A stretch of DNA of 64,000 nt from Octopus bimaculoides (Eukaryota), in the NCBI RefSeq assembly GCF_001194135.2, contig NC_068985.1:32144865-32208864 (forward strand), in the 5' to 3' direction. The notes under the pieces are model-generated. The model was not told where the DNA came from. It worked only from the letters and a program-made list of their open reading frames with translations, and ran no database searches. A program made the position numbers and the translations under genes. Shown in pieces: positions 11,380 to 25,300 of the stretch; within the stretch, counting starts at the first letter, position 1, and every line of letters starts with the position of its first letter.

Positions 11380-13100
11380 AATGAATGCACGAAACAAATG
11401 TTTCAAGAATGGAAGGAAAGTCTTTTTTTTTTCTTTTCAGCAATAAGTATACGGCGTGTAATTCACGGCAACTGTAACGTTTCTTCGTGTGAACGAAAGA
11501 CACATGTATGGTACCCTAGGTATGCAGACATCTGGTCAAGCAAAACTAGACCTTGTACTTTACAGAAAGCATGAGACAGAAGATATGATGTTTGCATATA
11601 TTTAAAAATACACAGAATTTGAATAAAACATGAAAATCAGATAATTTAACGAAATAAATAATGTCAGTAGTTTATAATGAAAGACAACTTCGAAACGGAA
11701 ATGTGCGGAAATGTTTGATCAAATTTTCACATACCATCAGACTGAATTATATACAAAAATACATTTTGCACTTGTCCTTTTTCTTCGAACTAGATGTTAT
11801 TTTATGCTTTGAGTCAAAAACTAATGCTGCGAATAATTCCACTTTGTAAGTCTTGGTAGGACTAGATGATCTCCATTTAAATCTTGATCAGATATGGTCT
11901 ATTGTTTCCACATTGGATTTACATCGTGGTCTTTCAAATATATCTATCTCCCGAAGTATCAATCCGTTTGTAAAGTAAAATTGTCGATTTGTATTCATAT
12001 ATATATACATGTACATATGTACCTGTGAGAGACCAGTGTACAGAGGGCCTCTGATATGGATTAGTTTCCACCATGTACTGCAAAGTTAACACTATTGAAA
12101 GGTTTTCGTAATTCCGTTCCTTCCTCCTTTGATCTTCCAGTTATTTTGCTGTTGCTTTTTGTTGGTTGTGGTTTTTCACTTTCAAAAAGTGGCTGAATAA
12201 AGCATAAATTATATCTCAGGTAAATGAAACACACTCTCTCTCACACACACACACAAGTAACGAAGTCAAGTAATCAAGTCATAGCCCTTTACGCCATTGA
12301 TAAATATCTAGCCTCCACGTCCCTTTGATTTCTTTGAAATTTCTCCAGGCTTTAGAAGTATATCATTGGCATTAACATGACAACATCAAATGTCAAATAA
12401 AACCGTAAAAAACTGTTACACAATGATACAATTTCACAGCAAGTATACTGAGAATACAAGCATTCAACTGATGACTACCAATGAAATAATTCAGCAACAC
12501 GGAAAAAAGTGTAGGGCGAAACACTTCGTGATTTAGCTAGGTTGCTATAAAAGTATAGTAGGGATTGAGTATAGTAACAATTAAATAGGAAAAATTCTCA
12601 TTCTATAGTATAATAAATCATTTTATTTATTTTTAAATGTATATATATATTTGAATAAAAATATAAAGGAAGACATCTAAAGACCTGATTGTAAAATTTT
12701 AATGTTTCTTTTAATCTTCGTTTCGTACGCACGTTTCGTTTTATTGTTACTTGATCCAAGTTTATATAACTATCTTATAGTAGTCTCATGCTACGAAATC
12801 TGATCTATTGATTCTTAAAACCTAAAGTATTTTCAGCATATATGTTTATATGCTTATAGATATTCATTAAAAAATCAATTGTAATAATCATTACAGTATT
12901 TAAAAGAAATAAACTATTATCTATTCTTATGTCGGAAATTACCGAAATTTTTTTTTTTTTTTACTCAGTCTTGTAAAACCTCGGATGATCTCGTACACAT
13001 ATAATGATGACGTAAACTTACGTCATATGGTATGTGTGTACTTGTGATCGACTATATTCGAAGAGAAATCGTAAAAAGTACTTTAATTTCTTGGGACTGC
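11380..13100. promoter_or_regulatory. Probable GSK3 upstream/promoter region (relatively CpG-rich, TE-poor)
   Basis: Non-repetitive DNA with visibly more CG dinucleotides than the flanks, just upstream of GSK3 exon 1. It contains the CRE-like palindrome at 13007-13026. The TSS cannot be located; part of the 5' UTR is in the gap at 10669-11148. Confidence 0.4.
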
Positions 13101-16100
13101 GTATTTAGAAAATGTAACTAACTACATTTAATGGTATATCATCTAAATAAATTTTTATTCATTATATTTTTCAGATTCAAATTTCAAATGTAGTCTGGCT
13201 TCAATAACAATTTCCTTTCTTCAAGCGCCCCTTATTTCTTCTTCGTTCCTTAATTTATTTTCTATGACATTTAATTTCGGTGAGGGTTGATGGAATCTTC
13301 ATTTGAATTTGGTTTTAAAGTAATTATATATTCTGATTAATTTAAAGTAGGGAGATACCACCGAGCTAATGGGATTCCAATGCATTTTATATCTATATAA
13401 TATGTATTACAGTAATCACAAAATCCTATTACTGCTATTTCGAATGCGTGCGTGTGCGTAATTGTGTAATGCATGTGCTCTTGAATAAAGAAAATGATTA
13501 TGCACTTACATATTGCCCAAGAAACTAGTTGGCTCAACAATTTTCCATGACATTAAAACTTTGTACAACTACTTACATTACATTATGGTGTTGTCACATT
13601 ATATTTAATGATTTTCTTTAGGATCCATATAGATTTTATTTTTTATCAATGTAACTTAAAGCAAGCAAATGTACCTCTTGCTGTAAAAGAAACTGTTTAG
13701 AAACGTAAAATAAACTAAAGTTTAGAAATAATTTATATGATATCAAATAAAATCTATGAAATAACCAATTTTAAGATGTACTTAGCTTTGATAAATAATT
13801 TTAATTTCCTTAATATCAGCCCTCGTTATTTAGAACAGGTGTGATTTATTTGTTGGCATATAGCATTTGATTTTGAGCTACTAGAAAAAGAATTTGGGGG
13901 TGTTCTGACTGATAAAAGATGATGATGTGGTCATGCAAAGTTTTGTAAAGTATATAGTAAAAGTTGGCATTGGAAGACCTGAAAAGGTTCAGGTTAAAGT
14001 AAATTTGCAACAGCATGCAATATGGAAACTAAGGACTAATTTTTGAGTATATTCAGTAAAGTTTAAAATATCATTTAACTCTTTAGTTAAGGGAACAACT
14101 TTAAGAAAGAGTGATATAGATTATATAAAGCTTTAATATTTTTGTGTTTCTCCTGAAATTAGTAACAGCTGAAGTGTACTCTAAATTCATAGTAATAACC
14201 CAAACATAGATAAACCATATTTTAATGTTAAACCTTTAGATTTCAAACTTAAAGGGATCAAAAGAAGCTGCAAATAACTCAATTATAAAACTGTGAACTA
14301 GATAGGTATTGAATTGAGAATTATAGGTGTAAATTCTTGAGATCATTTTATCAAAAAAAGAGTAAGGTTGGTATGCAATATAATTACATGGTTGCAAAGT
14401 GAATTTCTTAACCAAACAGTCAAGCCTGCAACTCTGCACAACCATTTCTCTCTCTCTCTGTATGCATTTATATAGGGTTTTTTTGTTTTTTTTGCACAGT
14501 TAATCTTTATAGCTAAAAAAACTTGTCTTACTTATAGTTAAAACAAAATTGTCCCAGAGATAATATTCAAGTTAGCAAAGGATGTATTTAATTGTCTGAG
14601 TAGCCAAATAACCTGTAACAGTTAGTTACTGAGACATCACTGAGAACTTTCTCTTCAAGTAGTGGTTTAGTAGTTTTCCAGCATTTTCTTCATATTGACT
14701 CAGCATGGCTATTATTCAAATATTTGTCAGTTTTATTGTGACCAGCATTGACAGTTTATGAATCAGATGTTAAACTAGGCTGAGCTATTGAGAATTTCAT
14801 ATTTCTACTATGGATACACTTATGGCAATTGGATATCAATCATAATATATTGAATATAAGCTGGTATTTTCACATTGCATCTATAAATATTCTTTGAAAT
14901 GTTTTCCCGGTCAGCAGCTAAATATATGATTTGTGATCAACAAGAATCTGTCTGTTATATTTCTAAGATTTCAATATGCTGATGTATTGTTCATTAAAAT
15001 ATAGAATCATTGAATTTATGAGAAATGACATAGAAAATACGAAAGTATACCTACAGTTTTTCTCATGATAAAAAAAAGAAACATGATCTTCAACTTTAGA
15101 ATTCACTCACATCATTTTGTGACAATCTCTTTTTTTTATTTGTTCACTTCAAACTTTATTTTATTCAAACTTAACTTCAAACTTTTTTGTGTAACTTATT
15201 GTTGTTGGAGGACATTAGAATACCTAAAAATGCTTCTGGGATTTTTACAATATGGAATGATATTACTATCAAAAACCTGAAATTTTTATACACACTTAGG
15301 CTTAGAAATCAGGATAGCTACATGAGATTAACATGCTTAATATTTTAATATTAATTTAGCTATTTATTGTAGAGATTTCTCAATTAAAAGAACTTAACAC
15401 CACTATCATCTGATATTTGGGTTTCTTTAACTCTTTTCTTGTCCAAAACATTTTCATAAGTTTGTCTTGATAAACGTCCATGCTTCATTTTCAGGCTTTT
15501 AGTTAGCCTTTGTTTCATACATTGTGAGTAATGCTTTCTCTGATGGTTGAAAAAATTTGGCATATGTATAAGATGATGTATAGACGCATGGAAAATATGT
15601 CCTGTGTATCACATATGATACAGAAGATAGGCAAAGGGTCAAAAGATTATTTTTCCATGCAAATTTTCAAATCAGGTCTTCAGTCTGCAAAGAGTCATGT
15701 CTGCTGCCCTCAGCTCCCTGACTGAATTATAAAGCACAATACCTTTAATGTAGTCTTGAAAGTATAAGAAAGTGTGCAATAATTTCTGTAGTGATTATGT
15801 GGTAATGATGGAAGATATAGTTTAACTGGACTATAGTTTCCAGATGTAGGTAAATGTAGGCTTGCTTATTATGTGACTGGTTTTTATTTGAATACAGTAT
15901 AGAATGTGATGGATAAAACATTGCATATATGTAAATAATGTTACATTGTGCAACATACTTGAACTTAGAAAAGTTAGCAACTATTCAAAACTGAAATTTT
16001 TAATCAAGACTTTATGATGCATTAATACCTGCAGTGATTAAGATGGCTTGGTCATCAAGGTTCATTATTAAAAAAAAAAGAAGAAAAAGTAATTTAGTAA

Positions 16101-16847
16101 TCTCAAAGAATGTGATATTTTCCTATATATTCTCGAGTAGAGGCTTATCAATGAGATTCTTTGTTGTGATGATATTTAAGTTTTAGTACTATTTAATGTA
16201 ACTGTATTGCATATGTTATTTCTGGTACTCTATACTAATTCAAATGCTGCCAGTAAAGCTGACATCTTTTCAGAATTGTTGAATGAGTGCTAACATATTT
16301 AATACAGTGATCAACAAAAATTTCAATGAAATGAAATTATTGTTGCTGTGAGAACAGAAAAACACAAGTTCACTGACCAATGTTAAAAGTAATCGCGTCA
16401 ATATGAAGGGAGACAACTCTGAAATTTTAATTACTATTTGAAAATGTATGCAACAGAAGATTAAATCGTTTGACGATTAAATTCAATCTGGTCTTTCGTA
16501 AGCTCGGTAGCAACAATAGGCATGCTTCGGTTTTATTTCTAACTCAGTAAATCATAGACTTTTTTAAAAATCTAGTGATTGAGAATCATTACAGACGTGC
16601 AAGAATTGTACTAAAGTTGATGCAACAACTTAATAACTGAAGGATATTTTCAAGAGACACCTGTGCGTGAAACACATGCAGAATGTGTGCTGCTATACTA
16701 AATGCAGTGAGCAATAAATTTTAATTATTAAAATTTCTGCTTCAATTATCTCCTAGGAGTCCCCAGTCTTGCAAAAAAATTCACTTGTCTTTAATAAAAA
16801 AAAGAATCGTGTGGGGGAATGATTGACAAAACCATTGGTTTATAATA

Positions 16848-17160
16848 ATGATGATGATGATGATGAACTTGTATACAGTGCTCAGGTACACTACAGCTCA
16901 TTGGAAGAAGTGACCAAAGTTGCATGAACAGTACATAGAATATGCACAGGAAGTAAACAGTGAATAAGTTTTCAAAAAAAAAAAAAAGAAAGAAGAAACG
17001 GGGTGGGGGGGTGCAGGCATCAAGTGTACTGTTGATGAAGTTTAGGAAGCATGGAAGTTTTGAAGGATAACAACTGATGCAGGTAATTTATTCCATGCTT
17101 CATCAATTGTGAGCATGTAAAGATGTTTCTGAAAGTCATGGATGCTGTATTTTATTGATT
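16848..17160 (-). mobile_element. CR1/L2-like LINE 3' end fragment
   Basis: The minus strand encodes EAWNKLPASVV, matching the WN.LP..VV C-terminal motif of CR1/L2 ORF2. A (GAT)n run lies at the 3' side. Confidence 0.55.
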
Positions 17161-18017
17161 TTGTAAGCATATCTATGAGTGTTAGATATAGGGAATTCAA
17201 AAATGTACCCAAGACTGCTGTTGGGAAGATGGTGGATAATCTTGTGGGTGTTTACCAAGTCAGTTGCCAGACATTGGAGCTTTAATGTATCCATGCCCAG
17301 GAAAGCAAGATGTTCAGAGTAAAATAGATGCCTGACAGTGGCTATTCATCTAGTTGCACATTTCTGAACAGTTTCCAGGAGACTGATATACTTACTACAT
17401 CATCATCATCATTACATGACTTTTCAAAATACTGACTTACAATAGTATTCACTTCAGATTAGTGCTGTTTCACTTAACTAAGACCAATTTGTTCAACTTC
17501 TCGAGATACCAATTTCATGACATTACAAACATTACCAAAGCTTTGCTATATTTACTACCTATTTGGATAAAGCCTACATAATGAAATGTCTTGATAAACT
17601 TGATCTTCACACTATAATCACATAGTAGCTGAATAAGTTTTTGGAGTTAACTTTTTTCATTCATTCTTAAGACTATACCATTGCTTGCTTTACACACACT
17701 ATAATGTGTAGTATCAAGAGTGCAAAACTTTCTACTTCTCTTAGTGAAGTAGTCGTGCTATTTTAGCTCATGTTTATTCATCCCATTAGCTACTACAATG
17801 CATATGCTCCATCTAAAGTTTTTCTACTTCCAATGTTTGTTTCAACATTTTTTTTCTTTATACATTGAAAGAAAAGCCTCCCACCCTACCATTTCTTCTT
17901 TTTTTCTTTTTTTTTTGAAGATTTATTTACTGTTCACTTCCTGTGCATATTCTATGTACTGTTCATGCAGCTTTGGTTACTTTTTTGTAGTGCAACTGAG
18001 ATCTGTATACAATAAAT

Positions 18018-18018
<1 letters not shown>

Positions 18019-18077
<59 letters not shown>
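18019..18077. repeat. (ATT)n microsatellite
   Basis: Direct reading. Confidence 0.95.
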
Positions 18078-18078
<1 letters not shown>

Positions 18079-19469
18079 CCTACTGCTTGATGTTTAGCCT
18101 TTTTAAATTAAAATTATTATTTGAAATTTTCAGTTTTTTAATAGATTCTGCCATAAGAAATATGTCAGCATATATAAGTTCCCATGAGCATTTAATTCTG
18201 AAATCTTGTATAATTACATATAGAAATCAGACACAAAGAAGAGATCCTTTATATTCATGTATTTATCAAACGTCAAACTGAATTCATCACTCAATTTATA
18301 ATTAGCTCTAATGATCATCCTTGAATGTGGAATATGTAACCATAATGAAAGATTCTCCAAGGTTATAATTTCTTCTTGTCTTAGGTTACATGGAACTTAA
18401 CAAGCTATTACTTTTTTTTTTTTAATCTTTGTTCTTTGCCAGTTAAATTTGCCCATTCAGTGCAGCATTTAATTTATTCTGTTTTAATCAACAGCAAATT
18501 AACAAACAATGTATCAAATTTTGTTTTGGGGGATTCTTCAGATAATATATTTGTGTTCAATATTTTGAAGTCATTTAATAATAAACTTAGTTGTTAAAAT
18601 TACATACAATTATATAAAATAATAGCAGAATTTAGATTCTATTATTTGCTTTCATAGATCTGGTGCTTATCTCTTTATTTCTGTAATATGAAATGGATGA
18701 GGAACAAATTTCCTACTGAATAAGATGCCAGTCTAACAAGAATAATTTTTCTCAGTCACAGATGCATCAGTTTTTCAGTTTTCTGGTTACCCGTTGTGGT
18801 GATTTATAACCATCTCCAACAAAGTCACCAATGAAATATGAAGTAAATATATAATCATATCCATATGCATTTAGTTTGCTGTGAAGCTAACCCATGAGAT
18901 CTTTTTCAAGATTGGATATGATGCCATTTATTTTTGTTTATACAGTATAGGTGCTCTGGTTATTAAAGTGTTAAGTTCTAAATGTCTTAACAAAGGACAT
19001 ATTTCCTGCCAATGAGAAAATACAGACAGCTGGTAAGCTGCTCGACCTGCAATAAAAGTCAAATGACATTCAAATCAGACTCTACCACCTAAGGGTCACA
19101 TTAAATCCTATAGTGCTTGATACTCTTCAAAAACAAGCTAGTCAAAGCTGAATTGCCAGGGTGTACCACCAACAACGTCAACAAAACAGTCAAATACTCT
19201 GCTAGTTATTCAATAACTTTACTCCTTGCCCTTCAGGGCATATACTAAATTCTTTATACTAATTTGACTGTTTCAAAATGTAAATTGTAATTCAAGGGAG
19301 ATAACAGTTACTCTTTGCATTCGGTTACTCATGAATTATTTTACATGAGAAAATTGGCTTCTTAACTTATTTTCTTCTTGAACAATTAAAGGATAGCAGC
19401 CTGGAAAATTAAACAAAGACAGATACTAAAAAAATGTCAAAAATATAAAAATATTAAATAACCAATCAA

Positions 19470-19743
19470 AAAGCACTCGTGCTGGTGCCACGCAAAAAGC
19501 ACTCATGCTGCCACCACATAAAAAGTACCTGTGCTTGTGTCACAGAAAAAGCTCCTGTGTTGATGCCACATAGAAAGCACCTATGTAAAGCGATTGGTGT
19601 TAGGAAAAGCATCTAGCAGTAGAAACCATGCAAAAATAGACAAGTGGAGCCTGGTGCAGCTCTCCAGCTTGCCACCTCCTTTCGAACAGTCCAACCCATG
19701 CTAGCATGGAAAACAGACATTAACTGATGATGATGATGATGAT
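19470..19743 (+). mobile_element. Free-standing RTE-tail/SINE-like repeat
   Basis: GTGCCAC..AAAAGCAC modules, TTAGGAAAAGCATCTAGC, CCAACCCATGCTAGCATGGAAA and a (GAT)n tail; same family as the 3' end of 1-2806. Confidence 0.8.
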
Positions 19744-21339
19744 TCTTAACTAAATACAGTATCCCTTTTTTATTCATCCACACTTGCTTTCTGTAGATAT
19801 TAATACTTCATTCCTGTTCAAAATTAAGTGTAGAGTTATGATGGTGAACTGGTCAAGATATTCTACTGCCTGTTTATATGTTGCAAATTCAGATTCATTG
19901 CACATCTTTCTGGCCAGCAGATTTTATTCCTTATTGTCTCGGTTGATCTAGATATTGGGCATATATTCCAGATGACCTGGAGTTGTTAATTGTGGTAGTT
20001 CAGCATGTTATCTCAGGGATGATTCAGACTCCAATAAGCTTTTGAGAATGAAAAGCAATTAACAATTTTCAGTTTATTTTTATATCTGAAATATAGAATT
20101 TGAATTAAATTAACCATCAATAAATATTAATAACAACTAAAATTTTGCATAAACACCATAAGTGATTTTCTCTACAAGTTTCTACAATGGTTCTCAGCCT
20201 TTTACTATTGCTACCCATTTTAGCAAATCAACAGTCCTCTGTCCAAATGTATGTATTTGTTTGTAAAATTTTTGCTTGCAGCTGTGTTATGACTTGTTGT
20301 ATAATGAACATTTACATGTTATCAAATATTACAAAGTATAATTTTCTCTCTGCAACTATTTCAAACTTAGATTACAATCAAATTTCAGAAAATCTGAGAA
20401 AATTATTTTATATGCTCAGATATAATTCAAAAGCATTTCAAACAAATGCACACAGAGAGAATAGGAAAATGAGATGACTTAATATTTGCTCCTTCTCCCC
20501 CTCTACATTCGTGTTTAAATTTCCACTCTGTTCTCTTTTTCTCTTCCAGGTATTTATCCCTGTTGCCATTTCCGTCTATCTCTTTTTGTCCCTCACTTCT
20601 CCCTTTCCATCTTTCTCTAGTCAAGTTACTTCCCTTAGCGTTATTCAAAAGATATGTAGGTAAGAGCGTACTGTTGTATTGATAAATAGATTATCTGTTC
20701 CATAATTGAGCACGAATATATTTAGAAAGAAATTATCCAGAGTTATTTCCCTTATGTTTTGTTTTAAAAAATATTATCTGTCAAAATGGATCTTTCTTTT
20801 GATACATCGAAGTCAATCCTCCTAGTACCAGTCCCAATTTAACTGTAAATGTTAAAGTCTCCTTTGGCTATGGTAAATTCAACCTAATTTTAACAAGTGA
20901 TTTTGACACGACAACAAAGTCTTAGAAAATACTTCTTTTAAAAAAAGAGTATTAAAATTATGAATGTATTGACATAAAGTCTAAATTTTCTATATAAATG
21001 GATCGTGATACACATTTAACTTATACAATTATAATTGACGAAATCCTGACTTCGTGTTTAGAAATGAGAAGTTTTTTAATACGTGCATCTAAACTGTTTC
21101 AGTCAATTTTAATCTCTGATTGTCATCAAGTGTTTAACATCTGGATGTTTATATATTATGACTATTCAAGCTAGAAATCTTTATTCCAAAACTGTTCAGA
21201 TATTATTTAGTAATATATTAGAAACATCGTTACAACTGATGGATATGGAAAATGTATGCTCCACCGAGTGGTTTGTAGATGACTTTCTTTGTTGTAATTA
21301 ACCAAGATACTTCAGCAATTAGCTAACGTGGGCTACAAC

Positions 21340-22315
21340 CAGTGGTGGATCTACAATATTGGGGCCCTGAAGCTTAAAATGTTATGGGGTTCCCTTTACA
21401 ACCAGCAACAGTAGGGTAACATCCAACAAGGGTCAAAGAATTTTTGTGCCCTTCCAAAGAACTTCAGCTTCAGGCCCTGATAGCCTAAATGGTGGAGTTG
21501 TGATGTGGAGTCCTTAAAAATGAGTCTGAAAGTGAGCCCTCTATCCACCAGAATCGAGGTGTGTGTAATCACTGATACCTTTGTCGATGTGGTTGTTCTA
21601 TGGCAGATCACTACAGATATTTTCCAGGTTATACCTTATGCTTTTAGAATTGTGGGGGTTGGAAATTAGGGAAGCGTTATATACATGTATGATGCATCAT
21701 TCAGATACATATGAAAATTACAAAATACTCTTTTTTCTGTTTTGTAGCAACAGTTTTGTCATATGACAGCTTCTTTGCAATGTCATTTTCTAGAGATAAT
21801 ATGCATAAGGAATTTAAGCGCTCTTCAGTTATTGTAGACCGAAATTTATTCTTAACAAAGGAAAGCTTTGACGAACTCCTTTCTGCTTCACAGCTCATGA
21901 TAGGCATTGTCAAGTACAGCTTATGCACAGTGGTAATATTAGGGGACACTTCAATTAATTATTGCTCATAAGTAAGCTGAAGAACTTCTGTGCATTGCAT
22001 TTTAGATGGTGTGTTTTATTCTGTGTTCCGGGATTTCCTAACTGATAACACTCATTTATTAATTTGTGGTCAATATTGTCTTTGTAATGCGATATTTGAT
22101 ACTGTTCTCATCAAATTCTGAATTGTTCATCAATTCTGAGAGAAACTTGAACTTTTCTGCTCATATGGGTCCATCCTCTTGCTTAATTGGATTATCAAAC
22201 AGTCATAGACTTGATTTAGAACTTCTATCCCAAATTTTTCAGCCCCTTTCAAAGAAGCCATATCACTTGTTCCATCTGCAAATTTCTTTGTATCATTAAA
22301 GGTATTCCATCTATT
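21340..22315 (-). mobile_element. hAT-superfamily DNA transposon remnant (C-terminal dimerization domain and one end)
   Basis: ORF 21701-21949 PNITTVHKLYLTMPIMSCEAERSSSKLSFVKNKFRSTITEERLNSLCILSLEND is hAT dimerization-like. A terminus-like CAGTGGTGGATCTAC...GGGGCCC lies at 21340. The element is truncated at 22316 by an RTE insertion. Confidence 0.75.
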
Positions 22316-25300
22316 CATCATCATTCAACATCTATCCTCCATACTTGCATGGGTTGGACGGTTTGACATGGAGCTGGCACTAAGCTCCACTATTTGTTTT
22401 AGCATGGTTTTCATGGTTGGATGTCCTTCCTAATGCCAGCCACTTTACAGAGTGGACTAGGTGCTTTTTACATGGCACCAGCACCAGTGAGGTCTGCTTT
22501 AGCATGGTTTTTATGGCTTGATGCCCTTCTTATGCCAACCACTTTACAAAGTGAACTGGATGCTTCTTGTGTGGCACTAGCAGCAGTGAGGTCACCAAGT
22601 AACTTGCAAGACAAAGATCCTTTGAGAGGGGGATGGTATTGAAGGAGGTGGCTTTGTGCCAAGTGATGAGAGGTGAGAGTATGACAGAGGGACAGAAGCA
22701 GGTGTCTTACTGTAGTGGAGATACATGGTTACCCCAGTCAGAAGAAGAGAGAGAGAGAGAGAGTGGTGATATGCCAGGGCATACTCTCAAGGTACAATGA
22801 TGTGAATATAAATGGGATGGTAGAGGATTACTCAGGGTGTGTTAGTAGGGAGTTCATGTGAATGCAAAAGGAGGGAGGGGGAAATGCAGTGACTAGTGAA
22901 GCCTGGGTATATAGGGGGAATGACAGGATAGCAATGATATAGTTGGCATGGCAGGTAGGACATGATTGAACTGCAGGAGCAGGGAGGGAGAGATAAGTGT
23001 AATGCATGAAGAAGGAGAGATGTAAGGAAGAGGAGACGTAGTTTGGTTTATTGGGTTAGAGTGTGTGAAAAATTTAATGATACATGTGGGGAGAACACAG
23101 TGCTTCTGGAACTCAGTTTTGCTGAGGTGGGCAGGTCTTCTGAAGAACCTTATATCACTAGACATCTTGGTCTGTTGTCATCTCCTCCATGAAGCCCAAC
23201 ATCTTGAGATTGGTCCTCACTACTTCATCTCATGTCTTCCCAGGTCTCCCTCTTCCACAGATGCTATCCACTTTAAACAATTGACATTTCTTTATACAGC
23301 TGTCTTCATGCGTATGTATCACATGTCCAAACCAACATAGTCTTCTCTCTTGCATGCTGCATTTGATTCCTCTTATACCAAAATTTTCTCTCAGCACATT
23401 TCCACTTTGTTATACATGCACACTGCTGTTGCATATCCATTTGAGCATACCAGCTTCATCCTTCTCAGGTCTACACATGTTTTCTGCATTTAGGGCCACA
23501 TCTCATTACGATGGTGTTTAATAGTTTTTAGACAAGCATCATAAAATCTGCCTTCCACTCTGAGAGAGAGTCCTTTTGTTGCCAACAGAGGTAATAACTC
23601 TCTGAACTTCCTCCATACTATTTTTATTCTAGCAACAATACTTTTAGAACCTCCTCCATCACTGCTAATTTGGTCACGTAGGTAACAGAAACTATCAACA
23701 ACCTCCTGTACACCTGCCACATACAAAGACGACTTTCTCTGTTAACCTGCATGTGATTCCATTGCACTTCTTATGAGTCTGTAGGTTGCACTGGGTGCAA
23801 CCAATGGAATTTGTTTCCAACACCTTTCCTACATACTGCATCACATCTAGTTTAATTTTGTTCCTAAACAGTTGAGCTATCTCTCTATATATAACTTTCT
23901 GTAGTTGTTTCTATCTGACGGAAAGAGAGTCTTATTTGCTTTCTTACTAACAACAACTTTAGTCTTCACTAGATTCTGCTATAAGAGCAAGGTCATCATA
24001 GTAGTTCTCATGGACAGCCACTTTTAAATTTCTCTTGACTACAAATTCCTATGACAACAAAATGGAATATTTACTGTCAAAATAACTAAGACATGCCTAG
24101 AGGACTATGATGAATAAGAGGGACTGAGAACTGAGCCCTGGTAAACCCCTACTTGTTCATTAAATAACTGAGTGAGGAACTCTGTCAAAAGCTCTCTCCA
24201 GGTCAACAAAAGCCAAGTACAATGGTTTACTTTTGGCCAAATACTTCTCATGCAGCTGTCTCACTGGGAAAATGGCATCTGTGGAACACTTTCCAGTTTC
24301 AAAGCCAATCTGCATCTCACCTGGTTTAATTCTATTCCTAAATAGTTGAGCTATAACTCTCTCCATAACTTTTTGACCTGGTCCAGCAGTTTGATACCTC
24401 TGTAACAGTTTCTCTCTAAGGCATCACATCTACCCTTGTAGCAGCTAACTATAATACTACTACATAAGTCATTGGGGATGATGCCCTCCTGGATAACCAA
24501 TTTAACTATATGAGTATCCTATTCCACCAGATATTTTAAGCATCACAGTGGTGATTCCTGATGGTCCAGGAGCTTTTTCTCTCTTCATATCTTTAATTGC
24601 CTTATCTATCATACTGCTCTCAAATCTCATGACTGGTTTCTCAGTTGGTTCTGTATTTGAAAGACTCTCCTTCTCTCATGCATTTTCCACACTTAGCAAT
24701 CTTACATGGTGGTACTTCCATGCATCTTTCTTCTCTGAATCCCTAAGTGCAAGCATACTATTATCCATTCATACACATTTCTCATCCACAACATCTCTAT
24801 TCTCTCTGATACCCTACTTTGCAATCCTCATGCTGTAGGAGATTAGCAAATCTCCTAATTTCTACTTTTCTTTTTGTTATGTAAACCAAACTTCTCTTCT
24901 GGTTATTCGATATAATTCTCTGCTTCCACCATTTTTCAGTCTTTCCAGACTTGTCTTTTCTTTTCTATAGCACTGTCTACCTCCTTGTTCCACCACCACC
25001 ACCACCACCACCACATCACCCTTGGCTTGGCTGGGACTTTGCACCAGCCACAGACTTGGTCTGAAGCCTGCAGTAGGAGTTAGGCAGGAACTTCCAATTG
25101 TTCTCTAAGCTATATGCCTTCAACTCCTCCTCCTTCACACCAGAAGCTTTCATTAGAATATCTCAGAATTTCTGTTGGTTAGTTGAGTCTTTGAGTTTCC
25201 ATAACCTTCTTCTCCAGGCTGGTTTATTTTTCTGAGTCCTTCTAGCTCTAATTCTGAAGTCACTGATTAGCAACCTATGCATTTGTGAACATCTGTCTAT

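Noticed and set aside
18790-19270. Minus-strand stretches such as GRAAYQLSVFSHW... and KLNAYGYDYIF...
   Set aside because: Interrupted by several stops, no recognisable family and no consistent exon phase chain.
20550-20659. Plus-strand 110-nt exon-like unit with an open frame (VFIPVAISVYLFLSL...)
   Set aside because: Lies in a CT-rich low-complexity tract that mimics acceptors; no linked exons.
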